The translations under genes and the position numbers were made by a program. Below, one piece after another: positions 48,336 to 56,623 of a stretch of DNA of 64,000 nucleotides. Numbering within the stretch: position 1 is the stretch's first letter; the number at the start of each line of letters is the position of its first letter. The DNA comes from Candidatus Woesearchaeota archaeon (GTDB taxonomy: Archaea > Nanobdellota > Nanobdellia > Woesearchaeales > DSVV01): positions 17,246 through 81,245 of the forward strand of contig JAGVYH010000002.1 in NCBI GenBank assembly GCA_018303325.1. Direction: 5' to 3'. A model generated the notes under the pieces. That model did no database searches and had not been told where the DNA came from. It saw nothing but the letters and a program-made list of their open reading frames with translations.

Positions 48336-50273
48336 TTATAGCTGTTCAACCAATCCTTTAAATTTATCCAAACCAATAGTCAGAATAAACTTAGCCAGTA
48401 ATGGACCTCTCTCTTTGCCAATTAATAGTTTATAAGCGCCTTTAAAAAATTCTTTTGGTTCTAGTTCCAAACTTTTACAAATATTATAAAATTCATCATG
48501 CAGTTCTTTGTCTGTCCATGATTTTTGGTGCAGTTTTTTGACGACAATATCTAACGCTTTTTTGATTCTATGATCAAGCTTTAACTCTTCAGGATTGATG
48601 GTTTCATTGAGTTTAAACTTGTATTCATCGCTTGCAAAATTATTTATCCATTGTCTGGCATCATGCATTCTCTGAAGAACAGAGTGTAATTCTGCGCCTG
48701 ACAAGTTGTTTGGTAAATGGCCAAGCATTCTTAATGTATCTAAAGCACGTTCATCATTGTCCATTACAGTCTGATTAACTATGGCAGCAAACTTCAAAGG
48801 AATTTGTACAGGCATCTGTTTAGGAAGCTCGCCAACATGGCTAAGCTCATAAATTCTAGTCTGCATCTTCTTTTCTTTTTCATCTGCCTCTTCTGCGCCA
48901 AAATAAATTCTTTCTGTCTTGTCAAATCTGTCGTAAAGAAATATGATGTTATTGTCCTGTGACGGGTCAAAGTCTATAACAGAATTAGGCCTTGATTTTA
49001 TTAATAGATATCTTACCATATGCGCTGGCAGGATATTAGTTATGTCTACAAACGCAATACCCTGGCCTTTAGAAGTTGACATCTTCTTTCCGCCAATATT
49101 AAAAAATTCATAGCCATTGCCTGTGAACTGCCTTGTTGAAGGATATGGTGGTGTGTAATCAAACAATTTATTTGCTAGTTCAACACCAAAAGTTCTTGAA
49201 CCGCCTTTAGTGAAATGATCTTTGCCGGCATACTCGCAAATTACTCCTTTAGAGAACCATTTTGCAGGCCATTCTACCTTCCATGGAAACTTGCCGTTGC
49301 CGTTGTAAGGAGAAATTTTGCCGTGATGACCGCATCCTTTTGCCCATTTGACAACATCATCCCTGCATTCATAAGTTAATAATTCTGTTTCAGTATCCCA
49401 TTCTGTTGCCATGGTTGTAGCAATCCTTCCGCATTTTTCGCAGATAACATTGAAAGGTATTTTTTTAGCAGCGGCAACATCATCACCATACAATTGCCTG
49501 TAAACATCCTGAACTTTAGGATAATTGTCGAGTACAAGCTTTATTGCTTTATTAAAAGTTCCATTTTCATAATCCATGCCTGTGCTTGTTATTTCTGCTT
49601 TTATACCCAATTCTTCAAACTTTTCTACACACTGCATAAAATAATAATCTCCAAAACTTTCATATCCTTTAACTGGAGAAGGAATGTTTCTAAACGGCAT
49701 GCCTAAATACTTGTCCCATGAATTATCTAATTCCTGATTAGGCTTGTCATAAGGATCTATATCATCGCTGCTGAGAACAAATTTGGCATTTAAACCAATA
49801 CTACGCATTGCTTTGGCAATTGCATCATGAATAATCCAGCCTCTGCCAGAGCCTACATGGATTGAACCAGAAGGTGTTTTCTCGTCGTAAACAAGATAAT
49901 AACCTACTTTGTCTACTACCGCCTTTAACTTTTTATCTTTTTCTACACGCTCTTTTATATCCAATGCTATCTGGTCAGCCCAATGATTGTGTTCTTCAGA
50001 ATCCTCATTATGTTTATGCTGCATTTTAGCCTTTTCTTTATGTTCTTTAGTTAGCTCTTTATGTTCTTTATCTGATTTTTGTGTGATATTTTGTTTAATA
50101 TCTTGGTTGGTATCTAGTTTAATATCTTGTTTAAGGTCTTGTTTAAGGTCTTGTTTAGGGTCTTGCTTAATGTTTTGTTTAATGCCTTGTTGAAGGTTTT
50201 GTTTAGTGTTTTGTTTAATATTTGGGTTAGAATTTTGTTTAATGTTTTGTTTAACAGATGAGTTAGTGTTCAT
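48336..50273 (-). CDS. lysK: lysyl-tRNA synthetase, class I (archaeal type), with N-terminal tetrapeptide-repeat extension
   Basis: HWAD...TPSGSIHVGSGRG class I HIGH region and KMSTSKG (KMSKS) motif. About 95 aa of [IL]KQ[ND] repeats precede the core. Confidence 0.9.
   Translation of the reverse strand: MNTNSSVKQNIKQNSNPNIKQNTKQNLQQGIKQNIKQDPKQDLKQDLKQDIKLDTNQDIKQNITQKSDKEHKELTKEHKEKAKMQHKHNEDSEEHNHWADQIALDIKERVEKDKKLKAVVDKVGYYLVYDEKTPSGSIHVGSGRGWIIHDAIAKAMRSIGLNAKFVLSSDDIDPYDKPNQELDNSWDKYLGMPFRNIPSPVKGYESFGDYYFMQCVEKFEELGIKAEITSTGMDYENGTFNKAIKLVLDNYPKVQDVYRQLYGDDVAAAKKIPFNVICEKCGRIATTMATEWDTETELLTYECRDDVVKWAKGCGHHGKISPYNGNGKFPWKVEWPAKWFSKGVICEYAGKDHFTKGGSRTFGVELANKLFDYTPPYPSTRQFTGNGYEFFNIGGKKMSTSKGQGIAFVDITNILPAHMVRYLLIKSRPNSVIDFDPSQDNNIIFLYDRFDKTERIYFGAEEADEKEKKMQTRIYELSHVGELPKQMPVQIPLKFAAIVNQTVMDNDERALDTLRMLGHLPNNLSGAELHSVLQRMHDARQWINNFASDEYKFKLNETINPEELKLDHRIKKALDIVVKKLHQKSWTDKELHDEFYNICKSLELEPKEFFKGAYKLLIGKERGPLLAKFILTIGLDKFKGLVEQL
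50089..50256. repeat. 12-bp tandem repeat, about 14 copies, consensus (C/T)TTGTTTAA(G/T)(G/A)T, inside the 5' end of the lysK ORF
   Basis: Consecutive 12-mers CTTGTTTAAGGT, CTTGTTTAAGGT, CTTGTTTAGGGT, CTTGCTTAATGT, TTTGTTTAATGC and so on. The period of 12 keeps the reading frame. Coordinates are within about 2 bp. Confidence 0.75.
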
Positions 50274-50352
50274 ACAGAATAAGTACTAAGTTGTGTTATA
50301 TAAATATTTTGATTAATTGATTTATTGTATGTAAAAAATCTACTTCAGTTTA

Positions 50353-51924
50353 CTATACCTCTGGTTCATAATGAATTTTTAACTCTTCTGCGCGCGAAGG
50401 AAGTCTTAATTTTCTTAATGCTTTTGCCTCTATTTGTCTTATTCTTTCTCTTGTTAAACCAAAATCATTCCCAACCTCATCTAAAGTATAATTTCTTTGT
50501 TCATCTATGCCAAACCTTTTTTTTAAGACTGTTTCTTCTCTAGCTGTCAATGTTGCCAAACCTTTTCTTACTGCCATGTTTTGATCAGTTTTTTCTGCTC
50601 CTGATAATGGGCTTGGTGTTGTGTTATCAGGTATAAAATCCTCTAATGTTGAATGCCCATCTTCATCTTTCCCAATAATTATGCTTAAACTGATTGGCTC
50701 TAATCTTTCTATTCTTAATATTTTATTTACTCGTTCCAATGGAAGTTCAGATGCTTCAGCAATTTCTTCTGGTGTTGGTTTAGGAATTCCTTTTGCTATT
50801 AAATGCTGTTTTATGCGGAGAATTTTATTATATTGCTCAGTCATATGAACAGGAATTCTTATAGTCTTGCCCTCATCGGCAATGCCCCTTATAATCGCTT
50901 GTCTTATCCACCATGTTGCATATGTGCTGAATTTATTGCCTGTTCTGTAATCAAAATGCTCAGCAGATTTAATTAATCCTTCATTACCTAAACCAACAAG
51001 ATCAGATAGTTCTAAGCCTCGGTTTCTATATTTTTTTGCAATTGAGATTACTAATCTTAAATTTGCATTGACAAATGCATTTTTTAAACCCGTGATTTGA
51101 TTACTATAATATCTCACATCAGATATCACCCTTGCCAAATAAGTTTTACCTTTTTCAGTTGTTAATACTTTAGGAGAGATTGTTTCTTTAAGAAGAGTCG
51201 GAAATCTATGCTTTGAGCCATTATCACTAATTTCCAGAGTTAGAATGTCTTTACTAACTCTTCCAATTACATTATCAAAATAAGCAGGTGTAAGGTGTAT
51301 GCTTGCCAAATAAGACAAAACCCTGTCCTGATATTTCAATTTAGTTTTGTTGTTCCATTTAATACTCGATTGCTCTTTTAACTCTTCTTTTAACTCTTCT
51401 TCAAATTCAAATAAATCCATAACTGTTTTATAAAAAAATGAGACATAATCTTCTTTCTGTAATGTATAACTATTCTCATTTAATTTATCACTTTCTGTTG
51501 GATTATCGTCTTGTAATGATTTATATTGTCTTGATTGTTTTGATTGTTTTGGTTGTCTTCTTGTTTTTTTTTCTGGCAGTTGGCCATTTCTTTGCACAAT
51601 ATACTCTAAAAAAGCAGGCTCTTCATTATAATTAGGGGTTGAGATAAAATCATTATGCCTGAAACTAGGAATGGTTAAAGACATCATTAAATTAACCAAC
51701 TCGTCCATAAAATAACCATGAAGATTAAAATAACATAGCAGGGATAATTGGTTCCAAGCTTTTTCCTGCACCTGACCTAATTCTTGTTCTCCTTCCCTTG
51801 TTAAAAGAACTGAGCCTGTTCCAACTTCTTTAAGATACAATCTTAGCGGGTCGTACCTTTCCTTAGCTTCTGTTTCCTGTTCTTTTTTGCGGTAATGATC
51901 GACCATAAAAACAGGTAACAGCAT
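50353..51924 (-). CDS. rpoD: RNA polymerase sigma-70 factor (primary sigma, RpoD/SigA)
   Basis: Region 1.2 (DPLRLYLKEVG). Region 2 (YATWWIRQAI). Region 4 (LTRERIRQIEAKALRKLR). Likely start at MVDH. Confidence 0.9.
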   Translation of the reverse strand: MLLPVFMVDHYRKKEQETEAKERYDPLRLYLKEVGTGSVLLTREGEQELGQVQEKAWNQLSLLCYFNLHGYFMDELVNLMMSLTIPSFRHNDFISTPNYNEEPAFLEYIVQRNGQLPEKKTRRQPKQSKQSRQYKSLQDDNPTESDKLNENSYTLQKEDYVSFFYKTVMDLFEFEEELKEELKEQSSIKWNNKTKLKYQDRVLSYLASIHLTPAYFDNVIGRVSKDILTLEISDNGSKHRFPTLLKETISPKVLTTEKGKTYLARVISDVRYYSNQITGLKNAFVNANLRLVISIAKKYRNRGLELSDLVGLGNEGLIKSAEHFDYRTGNKFSTYATWWIRQAIIRGIADEGKTIRIPVHMTEQYNKILRIKQHLIAKGIPKPTPEEIAEASELPLERVNKILRIERLEPISLSIIIGKDEDGHSTLEDFIPDNTTPSPLSGAEKTDQNMAVRKGLATLTAREETVLKKRFGIDEQRNYTLDEVGNDFGLTRERIRQIEAKALRKLRLPSRAEELKIHYEPEV

Positions 51925-52008
51925 GAGATTTAAAAAGGTTTCTTACCTTAGAGTAAGGAGAAAAATGGTTCTTAAACAATCAGCGGTTCAGAGTGAAAAA
52001 TGTAAAAA

Positions 52009-53373
52009 TTATGATGCTTGTTTTACCACATAAACCATATCATTTTTTCTTACTTTCTCTGTTACTTTTATGGTTATTTTATTACCTTGAATCGCAGAGT
52101 TAATTGGTTTATTTGTGACAGCATTGAGAATTTTGTCAACTTTACATCTGCAATAGCCTGTAGTTGGACCTGTAATAACAATAATACTGCCTTTTTTTAA
52201 TATTTCATTGCCCTCAATTAAAATTTCAGCAACTTTCTGCTTTGCAAAATAATTAGTAACCTTGCCAAGAACCCTTTTCTGTTCTGTTGCTTTGTTGCCA
52301 TAGACATTTGACCATTCGTTTAATGGAACACCCATGTAAAAACCTGTGCTAAAACCTTTATTATAGACTTTTCTGACTTCTTCAATTAATTCTTTCTTTA
52401 GTTTATTATATTTTCCAGAATTTTCTTTTTTACTCTTCTTTTTATTTTTCTTAATGCCCATAACAGTATCAATTGCTCGCCTGTAAGCCTTGGTTACTGT
52501 ATAAACATAGTCAGCATTTCTTCCTCTGCCTTCTATTTTGAAGACGTCAATATTTGCATCGATTAATTGTTCTATAATTTCTAACGTGCATAAATCTTTT
52601 GGGCTCAGTATGTAGCCTTTGCCTAATTTCAGCTCGTGGCCTTCTTCTGCATCCTTGATTATGTATTCTTGCGAGCAATCATCATCGTTTGTATTCTCTG
52701 TTGTATTCTCGTTTGAATTTTGAGTTGTATTCGCTTTTATGTTTGCCATGATATATTCTCGTCTGCAAGGCTGCAAACATTGTCCTCTGTTGGCGCTGCA
52801 GTTATGAATAAACTGGCTCAAGAAACATCTTCCGCTAATGCTTATACACATTGCGCCATGGCAAAATGCTTCTATTTCTATTAACTTTCCTGAAGGGCTT
52901 TTTAGGTTATGTTTTTTTATTTGTTGGATTATATTTTTTATTTGATCAAGAGAAAGTTCTCTAGCAAGAACAATTCTGTCAGCATAAGCTGAAAAAAGCA
53001 TTAACGCTTCAAAATTACTGCAGCTCTGCTGTGTTGTTAAATGGACTGAAATTTCTCTTTTTCTTGCTTTAAGGATAACTGCCCAATCACTTGCAATAAC
53101 TGCATCGATTTTATGAGTTTTAACCTCGTCGAGAATATTGTCAATAAGGGTAAGCTCATTATCATAAACTATTGAATTCATTGTGAGGTAACATTTAATC
53201 TTATTTTTTGCGCAGAGGTCCTTAATTTTTGGTAAATCAGAAAGCTCAAAATTTTTAGCTCTCCCTACCCTTAGATTAAACTGTTTAATGCCGAAATATA
53301 CACTGTCACATCCTGCTTTTATTGCTGCCTGTAATGTTTCAAAGCTTCCGCAAGGGCTCATTAGTTCTACCAT
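52009..53373 (-). CDS. peptidase U32 family protein with acidic/Asn-rich insertion
   Basis: N-terminal LMSPCGSFETLQAAIKAGCDSVYFG and E/C motifs of U32. Confidence 0.8.
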   Translation of the reverse strand: MVELMSPCGSFETLQAAIKAGCDSVYFGIKQFNLRVGRAKNFELSDLPKIKDLCAKNKIKCYLTMNSIVYDNELTLIDNILDEVKTHKIDAVIASDWAVILKARKREISVHLTTQQSCSNFEALMLFSAYADRIVLARELSLDQIKNIIQQIKKHNLKSPSGKLIEIEAFCHGAMCISISGRCFLSQFIHNCSANRGQCLQPCRREYIMANIKANTTQNSNENTTENTNDDDCSQEYIIKDAEEGHELKLGKGYILSPKDLCTLEIIEQLIDANIDVFKIEGRGRNADYVYTVTKAYRRAIDTVMGIKKNKKKSKKENSGKYNKLKKELIEEVRKVYNKGFSTGFYMGVPLNEWSNVYGNKATEQKRVLGKVTNYFAKQKVAEILIEGNEILKKGSIIVITGPTTGYCRCKVDKILNAVTNKPINSAIQGNKITIKVTEKVRKNDMVYVVKQAS

Positions 53374-53441
53374 ACTACAACGTAAAGAAGAATAGAATAT
53401 AAAGTTAATGATTGAGTTTGGTTTATTAGAACTTATGTTTT

Positions 53442-53587
53442 TTTAGTTCCTGAGCGCAGCCACCTGTCTCATGATTATTTTTAGTTTATTTTATTTTATA
53501 CAACTATTTTAAAAAAATTAATTTTTCATGTGACTGTAGACTGCGTCCCACATGCGGATTGGGAGCGGGAAACAGGGTTGTGAGCAG
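53442..53587 (+). repeat. Family B copy B2
   Basis: TTTAGTTCC...GAGCGCAGCCACCTGTCTCATGA...TCATGTGACTGTAGACTGCGTCCCAC...ATTGGGAGCGGG...GTTGTGAGCAG. About 23-bp TIRs. Confidence 0.7.
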
Positions 53588-53621
53588 AAAAAAGATAGAA
53601 AAATCATATACTAAGAACTTA

Positions 53622-54170
53622 TCAATGATTATAATTCAAAAGATTCTCGTTCCTTCCTTTAACATAATGTATACTTTTGCTGTATTTGAACACTCTTCTT
53701 TCAATCTTTGTGTTTAATTGAAAATAAGCTCCAACCCTTTTTCTTAACATTTCAGGCTCAAACGGTTTAGTAATATATTCGTCTGCTTCTACGTCAACTG
53801 CTTTTCTTACATCCTCGTTTTGATGTTTTGCAGTAAGCATGATGATTGGTATCATTTTTGTTTCCTTGTTCGTCTTTAACAGCCTGCAAACTTGGTATCC
53901 ATCCATGTTTGGCATCATAATGTCAAGTATGATTAAATCAGGAGCTGAGTTTATTTTATTCAAAGCATTCTGTATTTTATTTAAAGCATCCTGTCCAGAT
54001 TCTGCCTTGATTACATCATACTCCTGCTCAAGTGTTAAAGCTATTAATTCTCTGATTGCATATTCATCATCAACAACCATGACCTTTTTTTTCTGATTCT
54101 TTGTGTCCATAATTGTAGGAAAGTAAATTGAATATATATAACTTGTTAAGCTGATACTATTAAGTACCAA
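53622..54170 (-). CDS. response regulator receiver protein (single domain, N-terminal extension)
   Basis: VMVVDDE and LIILDIMMP motifs. Probable true start at MDTKN. Confidence 0.8.
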   Translation of the reverse strand: MVLNSISLTSYIYSIYFPTIMDTKNQKKKVMVVDDEYAIRELIALTLEQEYDVIKAESGQDALNKIQNALNKINSAPDLIILDIMMPNMDGYQVCRLLKTNKETKMIPIIMLTAKHQNEDVRKAVDVEADEYITKPFEPEMLRKRVGAYFQLNTKIERRVFKYSKSIHYVKGRNENLLNYNH

Positions 54171-54219
54171 TATGGAGATTTATAACATGATAGTTTATTA
54201 TTTTGGGTTGTTTATACTA

Positions 54220-54303
54220 CTTTAAAAAAAACTTTAAATTCATGAGACGGGTGGACTTCGTCCTTAGTACGTGTTGTGAGCGGTAGACGAGATTGTGGGT
54301 AAG
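54220..54303 (+). repeat. Family B 3' module only (B6), more diverged
   Basis: TTCATGAGACGGGTGGACTTCGTCC...GTTGTGAGCGG...GATTGTGGGTAAG. Confidence 0.55.
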
Positions 54304-54367
54304 AAAAAGAGATAAATAAGATTAGAAAACAAAAAATCTAACTAAACAACTTCTTATTAATAATTAA

Positions 54368-55099
54368 TCAAATAAGCATCAAAGCAAATAAAATTCCAAC
54401 AAGAACTATGAATAATAATATCGCTAAAGGGATTATAATGATTGCAAAGAAGGCTTTTAGTTTAGTGAGCTGCTGGTAAATTCCTAAACCGATTATTTCT
54501 GTATAAAACACATGAACTAAACCTATCAAGCCAATTATGCCTGCCACAATTAGTTGGGGCATCATGTCTGTTATTGTCTCAAAAGTGGGATTTAATATAA
54601 TATTAAGAATCTCTATAATAATCAATGACACAAAATTATAAACAGCTGCTAAAAACATTGAATAAGTTATTGTTTTAAATGTGTTAAAGAAAGGCTGTTT
54701 GCCTCCAAACATTAAAACACCAAGATGTGTAATTCCTGAGGAGAAAAAAGGCATTATAAAACTAAAGGTAATACTTAAAATCATAATGATAAAAGAGAAT
54801 AACACCATATATGCTCCTTCTCTTAAATCACCATAAATACCAACAAGGAACATGATCACCTGCAAAACAGCCATAAAAATGACGTACTTAAGAATAATCG
54901 GAAAAACATCTGTTTCTGATTTAACTGAATTGTAAAACACAGAAGGATTAGTGAACAATAATTTGAATTGTGAGTAATATTTCAATAAATTAGAGGTTAA
55001 TGAATTAATTTTAGATGATGTTAAGAGATTATAGGAGTTAGATGATTTAGAAGATGAAGCAACTGTTACAGGTGGTTTAGGTAATTTTGGAGCTGGCAT
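54368..55099 (-). CDS. Yip1-domain-like membrane protein
   Basis: Ser-rich N-terminus followed by 5 TM helices. Resemblance to Yip1 is weak. Confidence 0.45.
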   Translation of the reverse strand: MPAPKLPKPPVTVASSSKSSNSYNLLTSSKINSLTSNLLKYYSQFKLLFTNPSVFYNSVKSETDVFPIILKYVIFMAVLQVIMFLVGIYGDLREGAYMVLFSFIIMILSITFSFIMPFFSSGITHLGVLMFGGKQPFFNTFKTITYSMFLAAVYNFVSLIIIEILNIILNPTFETITDMMPQLIVAGIIGLIGLVHVFYTEIIGLGIYQQLTKLKAFFAIIIIPLAILLFIVLVGILFALMLI

Positions 55100-55177
55100 T
55101 TTAATTTACTCTATTATTGCTGTATTGGATTTTCGTGTTTAAATATAATAAAATTTAAAGAAAAATAAAGAAAAAGA

Positions 55178-55843
55178 TTAAAACATCTTTTTCCATTTAT
55201 TGATTCCTTCTTTGGCAGTGTCTTTCAAAGCTAAGCCATAACCAAGGCCTAATGCGATTCCAACACCTAACATTAATCCACCCACTATTACTAAAAAGGT
55301 GTTTTGTGCTAGTCCTAAATGAATACCAATTTGGTCTAATGCTAGTAATGTTGCAAAAATCAATACTACTACTTTTGCAATATATCCTATACCTACTGCA
55401 TTCTTAATCTTGACGTGCTCGATTTTTGAGCTTACATAATCAGCTACTAAAACACCAAACAATACTAACAACAAACCAGCTATCAAGTTTGGAATCCAAA
55501 AACTTAGCTCAATCAAGAAGGTAGATAATGTAGTTAATTTTATTAATCCTGCTGCGGGTGACAAGAACAACACAAAGATATACCATTTAGATATAACAGC
55601 TAAAACATGCCCTAGCTTTAAATCACCAACTCTTTTCTTTAATCCTGTTTTTTGTATTAGATAGTCGTCAAACTTTATCTTAATGAAAAGTTTGTCTAAT
55701 ACTTTATAGATAATCCATCCAATAATATAACCGACAAGCAATACTATCAATGCTGCGATTAATCCTGGGATTACACTCAAAATCCCTAACAAAAGATTAC
55801 CTAATGCGTCTACTATAGATATTCCCAATTGTTCTAATACCAA
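55178..55843 (-). CDS. membrane protein with conserved-TM-helix repeats (MscS-associated type)
   Basis: Repeated TM helices and Gly/Leu-rich segments. Confidence 0.45.
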   Translation of the reverse strand: MVLEQLGISIVDALGNLLLGILSVIPGLIAALIVLLVGYIIGWIIYKVLDKLFIKIKFDDYLIQKTGLKKRVGDLKLGHVLAVISKWYIFVLFLSPAAGLIKLTTLSTFLIELSFWIPNLIAGLLLVLFGVLVADYVSSKIEHVKIKNAVGIGYIAKVVVLIFATLLALDQIGIHLGLAQNTFLVIVGGLMLGVGIALGLGYGLALKDTAKEGINKWKKMF

Positions 55844-56109
55844 TTTAATTCACCTCTTTCTCCCTAACTATTGATTATTCTCTCAAATTCCCCCTTCACC
55901 ATGATTTTTGAGATTAATTAGTAGTAATTAAACAAATAATATATAAAGTTTTATCACCATCATGGTGTGATAAACTGGGTTTTTGATTGCTTTGAATGAA
56001 AAGGTGGTTAACTAATATACCAAAAGTGAACATAAATAGTGTAGGAAAGAATAATAAAAAATCAAAAGTGCAATAAAAAGCAAAAATAGTATTTAACTAA
56101 GGGGTTTGA

Positions 56110-56490
56110 CTACAGCACTTTCAGCTTACCAGTAATCTTATCTATTTCTTCAATAACATCTGGACCTATTGCGCCGCAGGTTACAGTGCCAGACTCAACA
56201 AATGTATGTCCAGCGTCGGTTATTACAGAAGTTATCATTCCTTCATCTTTTGCCTGCTGGATATAATTAAATAATTCCTTCTCGTCAACAACCTTGACAA
56301 CAATCTTCATCATACCTTGGTTATGCCATTCTTTGACAAGTTGTTCGCTTTTCTTTGATTTCAAGCTTTTTAGAACGCATTCCACACTAGCGTGGCTGGC
56401 TTGGGCAGCTATCTTGCCTTTTGACATATTTAAATCTGTTCTCATTAAGATTACTTGTTTTAGTTCTTTTGAAGCCATAAGTAACACCAT
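56110..56490 (-). CDS. pth2: peptidyl-tRNA hydrolase, Pth2 (archaeal/eukaryotic type)
   Basis: MRTDLNMSKGKIAAQASHA motif is diagnostic of Pth2. Likely start at MASKE. Confidence 0.85.
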   Translation of the reverse strand: MVLLMASKELKQVILMRTDLNMSKGKIAAQASHASVECVLKSLKSKKSEQLVKEWHNQGMMKIVVKVVDEKELFNYIQQAKDEGMITSVITDAGHTFVESGTVTCGAIGPDVIEEIDKITGKLKVL

Positions 56491-56623
56491 AAGATATAGA
56501 AAATATAAAGTTTGTGATTAAAATTATTCAAAGCCTTATGTTTCAGTGCAAAAGCTTAACAAATTTCAGGAAATCGATTAAATTAATGAAACTGATTAAT
56601 CCGAAACATATTTAAATAAAACC

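Noticed and set aside
50089-50256. Possible CRISPR array, since regular short repeats
   Set aside because: Period is 12 bp with no spacers. Repeats are contiguous and in-frame inside lysK. No cas genes are present.
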